A stretch of 64,000 nt of DNA. It comes from Somniosus microcephalus (Eukaryota). Below, one piece after another: positions 26,240 through 37,991 of this stretch (within the stretch, counting starts at the first letter, position 1; each line of letters begins with the position of its first letter). A program made the translations under genes and the position numbers. Location: positions 178,684,001-178,748,000 of the forward strand of contig CM126207.1 of assembly GCA_052327205.1 (NCBI GenBank), in the 5' to 3' direction. Under the pieces are notes generated by a model. It did no database searches. It saw only the letters and a program-made list of their open reading frames with translations, and had not been told where the DNA came from.

Positions 26240-26358
26240 GAAAGCTGCAATCTGTTCTGTGGCTTGTATCGTTCCTGGTGCCACAACCCTGTTGCCACAG
26301 TCTCTCTCTGCTTCCTCACACAGAACTACAAACACGCCTATGATCTCATTCAGAAATT
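26240..26358 (+). CDS. VAC14: VAC14 next coding exon
   Basis: CAG acceptor ending 26239; 119 nt encoding [39 protein letters not shown](F), in phase with the previous exon and continuing the VAC14 sequence; donor GTATCCTTTT. Confidence 0.95.
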
Positions 26359-26368
26359 GTATCCTTTT
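26359..26368 (+). promoter_or_regulatory. U12-type (minor spliceosome) 5' splice site
   Basis: GTATCCTTTT directly after the exon; exact match to the U12 donor consensus RTATCCTTT. Confidence 0.88.
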
Positions 26369-26409
26369 GTTCTAATGCAGGAGCTGGGCGGCTTGGTTCT
26401 TCTTCCAAC

Positions 26410-26790
26410 AGCTTGGCTCAGTCGTCAGCACTCATGCCTCGGGGGTCAGAAGGTTGTGGGTTTGAGCCCAGTGCAGGATTGAGTTCGTAGCCTAGTTCGG
26501 CACCGTTATACGAACAGGTCTTTAAATGAGATGTTAAACCGAGGCCGTGACTGCCTGTTCCACTGGTTCAGGCGGACGTTATAAAGATCCCGTGGCACCA
26601 TTCGAAGAGTAGAGAGTTGTCCCAGTGTCCTGAGCAACCTTTCCCCAACGTCTCCACCAACAAAAAACACAATGACTTGGTCATCTATCCCGGTTCTGCC
26701 TGTGAGACGTTCTTGGCACAGAATGTATAGTGCATTTGGCTACATAACAATCACAGCATTTCAATGCAAATGTAATTCATTAAGTGTGCA
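26410..26790 (+). mobile_element. Diverged DeuSINE
   Basis: GGCTCAG..GTCAGAAGGTTGTGGGTTTGAG head; ATGAGATGTTAAACCGAGGCC..AAAGATCCCGTGGCAC Deu domain. Confidence 0.65.
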
Positions 26791-29254
26791 GTACTTTGAG
26801 ATACTTATATTTAATAGAATTTACAACACAGAAACAAGCCATTTGGCCTAACTGGTCTGTGCTGGTGTTTATAGTTCACACAATATACTTCACACAAGCC
26901 TCCTCCCACCTTACTTCATCTAACCCTATCAGCATATCTTTCTATTCCTTTTTCCTTCATGTACTTATCTAGCCTCTTCTTAACTGCATCCATACTGTTC
27001 GCCTCAACTACTCCCTGTGGTAGCGAGTTCCACATTCTCACCACTCTGAGTAAAGAAATTTCTCCTGAATTCTTTATTGGATTTATCAGTGACTATCTTA
27101 TAATTATGGCCCCTAGTTTTGGATTTCCCCACAAGTGGAAACATCTTCTCTACGTCTACCCTATTGAATCCCTTCATAATTTTAGACCTCTATTACGTCA
27201 CCACTCCACCTCTTTCCTAGAAAAAAGAGCCCCAGCCTGTTCAGCCTTCCTGATAGTTACAACCTCTCAGTCCTGATATCCTTGCAAATCCTGAAATGAT
27301 GAGGTGTTCTATAAATACATGTGTCCCTATTATGTGACCTGGATTGCAGCTTTGATGATCTGTACGTATTCCACACTAGGAACGAGAGCACCTCGCGTGC
27401 TGTGTGCAGGATTCCGTGCTGTCACTTTCATATTGAGCGGTTGATGGCGAAAACAAAAAGTCTCACATTGCCAACATCTCACCGTCACCGCATCTCCCTG
27501 CCTTCAATGACGTCCACTTTCCAATCCTTCCAAGGATGCCAAGGGTAAGAAAAAGGGCAGCAACTCACTTGGAGGCTGTTGGCCTTTACTTGCTTCTCTC
27601 CCAGTGCCCTATGATCTATGTAATGAAGACACTGCCTATAATCCAGTAGAAATTGCAAGAAGCTATGGGGGAGATACTATAAGGCATTATGATCACTGCA
27701 GGAAGTGAGTGTATATTGAAAGATCGAGACTGAACTGCTTTCTCTTGTACACAGCTGTGGGATAAGAATGCTTCTGCAGTGACATACAGTTCAGTATCTT
27801 TAATACCAAACACACGGAATCTTCACAAACACATTTGCAATGGCGCTGCATTGTGTGACTTCATCAGTTCACACTCCCATCCAGAGAGAGGGCAGCTGAG
27901 TACAGGGAGATCTCGGAGCATGCGATCTGAGGGGCTGTATCTGACAAAGACGTGGCAGTCTTGTCCTTAAATTGTTTGAAATACTTCTCAGTTCACTTTC
28001 AAGTTTGCATGGGCAGTGTTCCATTAGAAGGCAGCCTTTAAACTGTACGAAGGAGGAGATCTGACATTATCCGGACACTTAGTATTTTACTAAGCCCCCC
28101 CCCCACCCCCCCCAACCACATGCACGTACTGCACTTTATTAAAATAAAGAATACTTATGATTTTTGAGGCACTTTGAATAACTGTCACTTCCAACAGTTC
28201 ATTGTCTCACTCCCAGGCTCAGGTCCTGAAGCGCAGACTGTGCATTTCCCAGTTCTCGCCCCAAGGCCAGACAAGACCAGAATTGGCAAAAGAATGTGCC
28301 GCAGATTCCTCTGCAAGGCCAAATAGAAAAACATTAGCACCAGCAGCTGCTCTGTGTATTTTATCTTTTCCATTTATAGGTAAAAGCAGCCTGTGAAAAT
28401 ACAGCAACTCCATTCAGTCAGACATTTATTAGCTTTGAACAAAGCTCTTTGTCTTTTCTTTTCTTTTTGGTCACACTATCTATAGGTTGGAGCCGTGCAG
28501 TTTTTTACTTGCGGCCTGCATAAAATCTGCCTGTGCGGAGTTAACTGACCCGAGCTAACGGGGCCTGTAGGGCTTCACAATTCACCTGCGAGGCCCTGGG
28601 CTAGGGAGGGGGGAAAATCAGCCAGGGTTTCCACTCCTGTTAACATCCAACAACCACCCAGCTGAAAAGCTGGTGTGGGTAAGGTTGGACTAAGCTGTGC
28701 TGTTTCCCCCTTGGTTGAATAGTCTACCATCATTCACCATCCCTAGACTCGCAGGTGGAGAATGGGTACTTGGGCACGATATCCAGTGAGTGACTGACAT
28801 CAATGGAATTGTACCTGAATGAGAAATCTGCACCTTCAGGAGGGGAGGGGAGAAGATTGGATATTGGGAGAATAGATAAACCCTGCCTGGTATCTTGAGT
28901 TACTGGATACTGGCGACTGCACTGGTTCAGGACTGGGAGTTGTAATGTGTGTTAACTATGCCCTTTCTCACATTGCACATTTAGAATGCACTTTTTAGAG
29001 TTCCATTTATTAATGAGCTGTTATTTAGAACTTTTTCAAGATTTATCGGTTTAAAGTGGATTTTTTTTCTCGGCTACACGAATGGCTAATAAAAAGAAGT
29101 GAAGATTGGTGTATGACAAGTGGAAAATCTGCAGTGCCTTTCAGACTGGAATGTGTGTTCCCTTAATAGGAAAAACACAAGCTCGGTGCCTGTATAAAGG
29201 CCACTCTTCAGTTGCTTATTCAACAGCTTTTAGGATGTGTCCAGTGAAACTAGT

Positions 29255-29650
29255 GTGCGATAGTGTAGTGTTTGTTACTGGACTAGTAAGCCAGAGAACG
29301 TGAGTTCAAATGAGAATTTTGAATTCAATTTTTTTTCATTTGGAAATAAGCTGGTAACAGTGACCATGAACCTGTCAGATTGTCGTAAAAACCCAACTTT
29401 AGGGAAGGAAACCTGCCATTCCCCTGCAGGTTTGGCCTACATATTACAACTCCCAGTCCTGAACCAGTACAGTCGTCATCGTTGACTCTTAGCTGCCCTC
29501 TGAAGTGGCCTAGCAAGCTGCTCAGTTGTGTCACACCGCAACCAGTGGTTTAAAAAGAAGGCTTGCCACCATCTTCTCGGTAACAAGGGATGGGTAAAAA
29601 GTTGCCGTCTTGCCAACCACTCCCATAGCCTAAGAATGAATTTTTTAAAT
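29255..29650 (+). mobile_element. tRNA-derived SINE of another family
   Basis: TAGTGTAGTG..TACTGGACTAGTAA..GAGTTCAAAT head; tail is the reverse complement of the LINE 3' end at ~29790-29900. Confidence 0.5.
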
Positions 29651-30162
29651 TCTGTATTATGGTTGCCACTAAAATATTTCGCTGTTGAGAGCCTGGGTGC
29701 CAATCTCCATTCGAACTCGGAAGGCAGCGGGTTCTAGTTGAAGTTAACCACTTGTTTAACTTTGAAATTTCTTCCAGCCCTTCCAACTTTTTTTTTTATT
29801 CGTTCCTGGGATATGGGCTTCGCTTGCAAGGCCAGCATTTATTGCCCATCCCTAGTTGCCCTTGAGAAGGTGGCGGTGAGCTGCCGCCTTGAACCGCTGC
29901 AGTCCATGTGGTGAAGGTCCTCCCACAGTGCTGTTAGGGAAGGAGTTCCAGGATTTTGACCCACGATGATGAAGGAACGGCAACATATTTTGAAATCAGG
30001 ATGGTGTGTGACTTGGAGGGGAACTTGCAGGTGATGGTGTTCCCATGCACCTGCTGCCCTTGTCCTTCTAGGTGGTAGAGGTCACAGGTTTAGATAAAGG
30101 TAACATCATGATGTCCTACGAAGGCTTCGGGCTCGATTCCGAAACTCTGTTGAGTTAGGTAT

Positions 30163-30595
30163 CAGCCTTAGCTCAGTGAGTCGCACTCTAGTCCCTGGGT
30201 CAGAAGGTTGTGGGTTCAAGTCCCACTCCAGAGCCTTAAGCAGGTAATCTAGGTTGAAATTCCAGTGCAGTACTGGGGGGAGTGCTGCACTGTTAAAGGT
30301 GCCATCTTTTGGATGAGACATTAAACCGAGGCCCCGTCTGCCCTCTCGGGTGGAAGTAAAAGATCCCATGGCACTATTTCGAAGACGAGCGAGGGAGTTC
30401 TCACGGTGTCCTGGCCAATACTTAGCTCTCAAAATTGAAACAGATTAACTGGCCATTATCACATTACTGTTTGTAGGATCTTGCCGTGTGCAAATTAGCA
30501 CATTTTCTACATTACAAAAGTGACTACACTTGGCTGCAAAGCACTTTGGGATGTTCTGAGGTCGTGCAAGGCGCTATATAAGTGCACATTTTTTT
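30163..30595 (+). mobile_element. SacSINE1-like DeuSINE, near full length
   Basis: Head, Deu domain and L2-like tail GGCGCTATATAAGTGCA. Confidence 0.8.
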
Positions 30596-31429
30596 ATGGA
30601 AATGTACCCCAGCAAGAGTCGGCACCTTCATGAGAGATGGGGATTCCTGCTGTTAATTCAGTTATTCTTTAAGATCTGCTAAATGAAGGATACTGATCCA
30701 TTGTTGGGTTAGACTGACCCAAAGGAGGCGATGCTTTGACCCAAAAATGAACTCCCATCCCAAGAATGTTTCCTACAGCTGAACTGAAACAAAGGATTTT
30801 TTTTTTAAGGGTAATGGGCAATGTTCCCTCGAATCTGCGCGGCCGCTCAGTAATGTGAAAGGTCCGCTCACCGGGTTTTACATTGTAAATACCTCACATG
30901 CGCAGAAATTTAAAGGACCGCTCATTAACAGAAACAGGCCTTGCAGAACAAAGCATAGCTCGCAGGGATCACTGGTAATGGACCAGGATAAAGAAGGAGA
31001 GCTGTTTTATGACTGAAGGCACTGGCTTCCACTGAACTGAGAGCCTGATTGCACTGGGTAAGTATTTTTATTGGGGTGATTCTGACGAGATCTGCACTCT
31101 TGGAATAACCTGTCCCTATAATGCGCGTTATAGGTTCACACCGCTGACGCTCTGCTGCGGTTTCAGCTGAGTTCTGTTGCTTGGCTCTCAGTACAAACAT
31201 TTGGCATCAGACTCCAATTAGCATCCGACTTCTTGTAAAGCCTGACATGCGATTGTGAAGGCCAATTCTACTGGGCTCCCCCAATGGCTCAGTGAGTTCA
31301 TCCAGCGAGTAGCTAAGCCACACAGAATAGAGAGGTCCCAGGTGTGACTCCCAGACTGTCCTGAGGTAGCTGACCTCCGCCAGCTAGGTGGGAAAAGATG
31401 CTTAACAATTGGCTTCGGTGCCCCTGGGC

Positions 31430-32185
31430 AAGAGAGAGGAAATATAAACTAAAGAGTGCAATCCTAAAGTGGCTGCATGAGCAGAGAGACTTGGGGGTAT
31501 ATGTGCACAAATCGTTGAAGGTGGCAGGGCAGATTGAGAAAGCGGTTAAAACAGCTTACGGGATACTGGACTTCATAAATAGCGGCAAAGAGTACAAAAG
31601 CAAGGAAGTTATGATGAACCTTTATAAAACACTGGTTCGGCCTCAACTGGAGTATTGTGTCCAATTCTGGGCACCGCACTTTAGGAAGGATGTGAAGGCC
31701 TTAGAGAGGGTGCAGAAAAGATTTACAAGAATGATTCCAGGGATGAGGGACTTCAGTTATGTGGATAGACTGGAGAAGCTGGGGTTGTTCTCCTTAGAGC
31801 AGAAAAGGTTGAGAGGAGATTTGATGGAGGTATTCAAAATCATGAGGGGTCTAGACTGAGTAGATAGAGAGAAACTCTTCCCATTGGCAGAAGGGTCAAG
31901 ATCCAGAGGACACAGATTTAAGGTGATTGGCAGAAGAACCAAAGGCGACATGTGGAAAAACTTTTATACGCAGCGAGTGGTTAAGATCTGGAATGCACTG
32001 CCTGAAAGTGTGGTGGAGGCAGATTCAATCGTGGCTTTCAAAAGGGAATTGGATAAGTATCTGAAGGAAAAAAATGTGATGGGCTACAGAGAAAGGACAG
32101 GGGAGTGGGACTAGCTGAAGTGCTCTTGCAGAGAGCCGGGATGGGCTGAATGGCCTCCTTCTGTGCTGTAACCATTCTATGATTC
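31430..32185 (+). mobile_element. CR1 LINE 3' fragment
   Basis: QRDLGVYVHKSLKV..RPQLEYCVQFW..SRGHRFK..WNALP; tail CATTCTATGATTCTA. Confidence 0.9.
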
Positions 32186-32629
32186 TAGATCTGGCAGGGT
32201 CCCCGCTCCTTGATTCCCATTCAGTGAGGCCCCCACCAGTGGAAGGTCGAGATTTGGACACCTGTTGGTAACAGGATCTGTCTTGGTTGTGAGGCCCTCC
32301 ATGTCCAAGTAGCCTATCCGCTCAATGTTTAGGCTCACGCATGAAAAATGGCCAGGTTGAGAGGGCTCTTGCTAGCTGTGGAACCATTTGGTAGTGAGTT
32401 GTGTGGGGGAGGTGGAATCCTTCATTTCGACGAAGTGAAACTCACTTTGGAATACTTCAGCAGTTTAGGCGCACTTCTCCCCTCCGTTTAACCGCCCTCC
32501 TCTCCTGACTCTGGCTGGAGTATAGTTTCACCAGTACCCATACTGCAGGCCAATTGTAGCACCCACAGTCACAGATCCGGGTGAGTTTGGCTGGCTCAGC
32601 AGATGGCTGTGTATTACTCCTGTACTGCC

Positions 32630-32830
32630 CCTCACCGCACCAGCCGGTGCCCGCGCTGCGCCTCGCCGCACCAGCCGGTGCCCGCGCTGCGCCTCGCCGC
32701 ACCAGCCGGTGCCCGCGCTGCGCCTCGCCGCACCAGCCGGTGCCCGCGCTGCGCCTCGCCGCACCAGCCGGTGCCCGCGCTGCGCCTCGCCGCACCAGCC
32801 GGTGCCCGCGCTGCGCCTCACTGCACCAGC
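32630..32830 (+). repeat. 31-bp GC-rich minisatellite, ~6.5 copies
   Basis: Unit CCAGCCGGTGCCCGCGCTGCGCCTCGCCGCA in near-perfect tandem (period 31, e.g. 32641 and 32672). Confidence 0.95.
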
Positions 32831-33117
32831 CACTCGAGGCTGATTGATGGGTGAGAAAATAAAATGTTTAATCCATTCGCGGCAAAGATTCAACAAATGT
32901 CATGCAGCAGCAGGCTCTGCTTGGCCTTTAGTCACGTCTGGTTTGATAACTGCACATTCCACCTTGTCTCACCACATCACTGATCAGCAATGACTGAAAT
33001 CAAGCGATGTGTAATTATACCCTGACAGACGATGATTATTACAATAGGATTTGGGACTTCACTGAAGTACTTACCTCAGTCAGCAGGATACTGTCGATCT
33101 TCCAGTAACGAGGGGCA

Positions 33118-33985
33118 ACAACAACAACTTGCATTTATATAATGCCTTTAATGTAGTAAAACATCCCAAAGGTGCTTCACAGCAGCGTTATCAGACAAAC
33201 TTTGACACCAAGCCACATGAGATATTTGGACAGGTGAGAGGTGGGTTTTAAGGAGTGTTTGAGGTGGAGATGCGGAGGGGTTTGCGGAGTGAATTCCAGA
33301 GCTTAGGGTCCAGGCAGCTGAAGATACAGCCGCCAATGGAATCTGCAAAGGAAATTGGGGATGCGCAAGAGGCCCGAATTGAAGGAACACAAAGATTGCC
33401 CACTTTAGCCCATCTGCTGCTGAAGTCCTCATCCATGCCTTTGTCACCTCCAGACTCAACTATTCCAATGCTCTCCTGACTGGCCACCTATCCTCTACCC
33501 TCCTAATCTTCAGCTTATTCCAAACTCTGCTGCCTGTATTCTATCCCGCACCAAGTCTCATTCACCCATTATATCTGCCCTTGCTGACCTACTTTGGCCC
33601 ACCAGTGCACCAAATTTCAAATTCTGATCCTTGTGTTTAATTCCCTCTGAGGCTCTGCTCCTCCCTATCTCCGTAATCTCCTCCAGCTCTGAAAACCCCT
33701 CTCCCACTGACTCTGGCCCCTTGTACATTTCTCCCTCCTTTTGCCTCGTCATTGGCAACCGTACCTTCAGCTGCCTAGGCCCTATGCTCTAAAATTCCCA
33801 CCCTAAATCCCTCTGCATCTTCACATCCTTCTCCTTTCAGGCCCTCCTTAAAGCCCATCTCTTTGTGCAAACTTTTGGTCACCTCTCCTAATATCCCATT
33901 CTTTGGCTCTGTGTCCATTTCTGGTTTTAGATTATGCTTCTGTGAAGCTCTGTTAATGGCGCTATACAAATGCAAGTTGTTGTAA
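33118..33985. mobile_element. Two L2 3' fragments in opposite orientation
   Basis: Minus-strand copy ~33118-33390 and plus-strand copy ~33400-33985, each with the L2 tail. Confidence 0.7.
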
Positions 33986-34284
33986 TATATGCCCATTGAG
34001 TAGAATGAACCTGGACTCTGGAGTTTAGAAGAATGAGAGGTGACCTCGTTGAAACATAAAATTCTGAGGGGGCTTGACCGGGTAGATGCTGAGAGGTTGT
34101 TTCCCCTGGCTGGAGAGTCTAGAACTAGGGGGCATTGTCTCAGAATAAGGGGTCGGGCATTTAGGACAGAGATGAGGAGGAATTTCTTCACTGAGGGTTG
34201 TGAATTTTTGGAATTCCCTGCCCAAAGTGCTGTGTCATTGAGTATATTTAAGACTGAGATAGATATATTTTTGGACTCTAAAGA

Positions 34285-34532
34285 TCTCTTAATCTCTCCT
34301 GCCTTCCACCCTATCACAGACCTTCCCTTTTGTTCTTTCCTCCCCTTTCCCGGCCCCTGCACTTGCTTAAAAACCTGTTCTATCTCCAGCTTTTTCCAGT
34401 TCTGACGAAGGGTCATCGACCTGAAACGTTAACTCTGTTTCTCTCTCCACAGATGCTGCCTAACCTGCTGCGTATTTCCAGCATTTTCTTTTTTTATTTC
34501 AGATTTCCAACATCCGCAGTATTTTGCTTTTG
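34285..34532 (+). mobile_element. Penelope-like element terminal (pLTR) fragment
   Basis: CTGACGAAGGGTCATCGACCTGAAACGTTAACTCTG..ACAGATGCTGCC..CCTGCTG..TTCCAGCATTTT; related pieces at ~19905-19990 and 58125-58297. Family assignment from recall of elasmobranch repeats. Confidence 0.65.
34398..34434 (+). ncRNA. Minimal type I hammerhead ribozyme motif (Penelope-associated)
   Basis: Stem I AGTT/AACT, core CTGACGA (+ extra A), stem II GGGTC-ATC-GACCT, GAAA, palindromic loopless stem III ACGT, cleavage triplet GUU. Confidence 0.6.
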
Positions 34533-36261
34533 TAAAGGGATATGGGAATTAGGCGGGAAAGTGGAGTTGAGGTCAAAGATCAACCATGATCTTATTGAAT
34601 GGTGGAGCAGGCTCAAGGGGCCTTATGGCCTGCTCGTGCTCCTTATTTATGTTCTTATGCCACTATTTATTAGACAAGAGCCTATATACATTTTTTTCTT
34701 TACAGCTTTACAAACTTGCCCTCCCCACTAACCCAGGGTCTGGGGATTGAACCTGGGACTTCCTGGCCTGTGCAGCTTCGTGCTGTACCATTTGATGCCT
34801 TTACCCATTATGACATTGGAGCAGCTTAATATATATTAAGTATCCAGCTTGAAGGCAACCAACTGGAACACCAGGAAAGAAACAATTTACAGCAATGTGG
34901 CTAATGTATGAATAGAGTTATTAATAATGCAGCATGCAATTATGGAAATTTAATGAGCAATATTTACTGGGTTGCCTAGAATGAGAGTCACAGATAATTG
35001 TATGTACAGATTGTTAAAGCTGATGTGATGGATATGACTGTGGTGTTGGAGTGTCTTGTTGCAAACACAGCAGGGATCACAGGACCACTGCAGTCGTGTT
35101 GTTTTTCCCTCCCTGATGCCTGTGAGTTATTATAGTATAATGCCGTACAGCATTTAAGAAGCTCCGTCTTGCTTGCTGGTTGTCACTACCTTGTTCCACA
35201 GGAACTGAAGGCTAATCAAATCCACCAGTTGTGCATGAGAAGATAAAAAGAAAAAAAACTGGAAATCTGAACTGAAAACAGAATTGCACAGGTAGTCTGC
35301 CAGCATTAGTAATGTTTTAGCTGGGAACCCTTTTTCAGCTGTGACCGTTTGAGAGTTCAGATGAAGGAACAACAACAACAGCTTGCCTTTATGTAGCTCC
35401 TTTAACATAGTAAAACGTCCCAAGGTGCTTCACAGGAGTCCAATCAGACAAAACTTGACATAGAGTGAAAGAATGAGACATTATTAAGAGGTAGGTTTTA
35501 ACATAGAAACATAGAAGATAGGAGCAGGAGTAGGCCATTCGGCCCTTCGAGCCTGCTCCGCCATTCAATGAGATCATGGCTGATCATCCAAATTCAGTAC
35601 CCTGTCCCTGCCTTCTCCCCATATCCCTTGATCCCTTTAGCCTTAAGAAATATAGCCAACTCTTTTTTGAATATATTTAATGAACTGGCCTCCACCGCCC
35701 TCTGTGGCAGAGAATTCCACAGATTCACCACTCTGGGTGAAGAAATTCCTCCTCATTTCAGTCCTAAATGGCTTACCCCTTATCCTTAGACTATGACCCC
35801 TGGTTCTGGACTCCCCGGCCATCAGAAACATCCTTCCTGCATCTAGTCTGTCCAAACCTGACAGAATTTTATAAGTTTCGATGAGATCCCCTCTCAATCT
35901 TCTAAACTCCAGTGAGTATAAGCCCAATCGACACAATCTCTCTTCATACGTCATTCCTGCCATCCCAGGTATCAGCCTGGTGAATCTTCGCTGCACTCCT
36001 TCCATGGCAAGAACGTCCTTCCTCAGGTAAGGCAACCAAAACTGCACACAGTACTCAAGCTGCGGTCTCACCAAGGCCCTGTACAACTGTAGCAAGACAT
36101 CCTTGTTCCTGTACTCGAACCCTCTTGCTACGGAGGCCAACATACCATTTGCCTTCTTAACCGCCTGCTGCACCTGCATGCTTACCTTCAGCGACTGGTG
36201 CACAAGAACACCCAGGTCTCTTTGCACTTCCCCTTCTCCCAATCTATTGCCAGATTAGCGG

Positions 36262-36605
36262 CTCTTCTGTCTGTCTGTCCGCCTGGTCTCTATACGTTTG
36301 GAAGTTACAGAGCATACCGACGCGCGCGTCGCCTCAAAAGAAAGCTTGCGATTCCGGACCGGTCATAGGCGTATTTACGTTTCGGCCGGACAAAAATCCT
36401 GCCCGCGGTATCCCAAAAACGTTCAGCGTTCCGCTCATTAGCATCTCATTAGCGACCGTGTGACGTCGAGGTCTTCCTACAGTTGAGTGTCGAGTGACTC
36501 GACGATTGACCAATCCTACGCTTCGGTGACCTGACCGGTCGACCAATCGGTGCGTGTGTGGGCGGGCCTTATCCTGAACTGAGGTGAGTGGCCGCCATCT
36601 TGATT
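36262..36605 (+). promoter_or_regulatory. Promoter/first-exon-like cassette, copy A
   Basis: CCAAT at 36510 and 36543 (33 bp apart), GGGCGG box, GAG|GTGAGT donor at 36584, YY1 motif GCCGCCATCTTG at 36591; CpG-rich. Confidence 0.5.
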
Positions 36606-37131
36606 TTCCACGATTTTTTCCCCCACACTTTCTGTGTGTTAGGGAACTAAGGTAAATATTTCAATTATGTGTTAGGCAATTAATTAACAATTTATTTGAG
36701 TTTTATATTGTGTTTAGCAACCCCCCCCCTCCTCCTCCTCACCCTCGTGCAGGGGGGACTCGGGGCCTGAAGCTGAAAAAATTTCTCTCTCTCTCTCTCT
36801 CTTTCTTCCCTCTCTCTCTCTCCTTCTCCTCTTCCCTCTCTCTCCTTCTCCTCTTCCCTCTCTCCTCTTCCCTCTCTCTCCTTCTCCTCTTCCCTCTCTG
36901 TCTCTCTCTACTTCCCCCTCTCAGGTGTCGCGGACGGAGCGCGGGCGCGCCGCCCGAAGTTTCCCGCTCGCTAACGGCCTTGCCGGCTCTCGCGGGCCGC
37001 TCGCACTGACCGCGCATGCGCCGCCCGCACTCACCGCGCATGCGCCGCCCGCCCGCCCGCACGCACGCAGCGGCCGTCCATCAGCCGCGCGATACGCGGG
37101 GGACCTCAGCAACGGCACCGGACCTCAGGCG

Positions 37132-37581
37132 CTAGGCAGGGGGAGGGGCCGGAGAGAGGGACAGAGGGGAGTGGGGGAGGGGGAGGGGAGTAGGGGAGGG
37201 AGGGAGAGGGGGCAGGGAGAGGGGGGAGGGAGGGAAGGGGAGGGAGAGAGGGGAGGGAGGGATAGGACAGGGAGAGGACATGACAGGGAGAGGGGGGACA
37301 CACAGGGGCAGGGAGACCAAACGCCCCAAAATTGCCCTCGCGCCCCAAAATTGCCCTCGCAACGCGGGGCTCACTAGGCAGGGGGAGGGGCCGGAGAGAG
37401 GGACAGAAGGGAGTGGGGGAGAGGGGAGGGGAGGGAGGGAGAGAGGGGAGGGGAGGGAGGGATAGGACAGGGAGAGGACATGACAGGGAGAGGGGGGACA
37501 CACAGGGGCAGGGAGACCAAACGCCCCAAAATTGCCCTCGCGCCCCAAAATTGCCCTCGCAACGCGGGGCTCCCCAGCTAG
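37132..37581 (+). repeat. Tandem duplication of the 3'-terminal segment (37132-37373, 37374-37581)
   Basis: Both copies start CTAGGCAGGGG..GGCCGGAGAGAGGGACAG and end (CGCCCCAAAATTGCCCTCG)x2 CAACGCGGGGCTC. Confidence 0.9.
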
Positions 37582-37606
37582 TATATATATTGATAAAGAA
37601 TAAGAT

Positions 37607-37991
37607 CTCTTCTGTCTGTCCATTCTCTATACGTTCGAAAGTTATAGAGCGTACCTACACGCGCGCCACGTCAAAAGAAAGCTTACGATTACGGACCGGT
37701 CATAGGCGTATTTACGTTTCGGCCGGACAAAAATCGCGCCCGCGGTATCCAAAAAACATTCAACATTCCGCTCATTAGCATCTCATTAGCGATAGAGTGA
37801 CATCGAGGTCCACCAATCGTACGCCGGGTTGCTGGCGCGTGCGGCCGGGCCCCCCCTCCGGTCGAGTGACGGGGGTTTCGTCGGGACGATTGACCAATCC
37901 TACGCTTCGGTGACCAGACGGTCGACCAATCGGTGCGTGTGTGGGCGGGCCTTATCTTTCTGAACCGAGGTGAGTGGCCGCCATCTTGATT
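37607..37991 (+). promoter_or_regulatory. Promoter/first-exon-like cassette, copy B
   Basis: Diverged duplicate of 36262-36605 retaining both CCAAT boxes, the GC box, the donor and the YY1 motif. Confidence 0.5.

Larger units (their letters stand above)
34005..34660 (+). mobile_element. CR1 3' fragment interrupted by a Penelope-like remnant
   Basis: KILRGLDRVDAERLFPLAGESRTRGH..; CR1 sequence breaks at ~34282 and resumes at ~34533. Confidence 0.8.

Noticed and set aside
32630-32830. 31-bp repeats as a CRISPR array
   Set aside because: No spacers, no cas genes, eukaryotic context.
36253-37991. The two ~350-bp direct repeats as LTRs, or as the promoter of a nested host gene in situ
   Set aside because: No TG..CA ends, TSD, PBS or PPT; and the block sits inside a split CR1, so it is inserted DNA rather than an ancestral locus.
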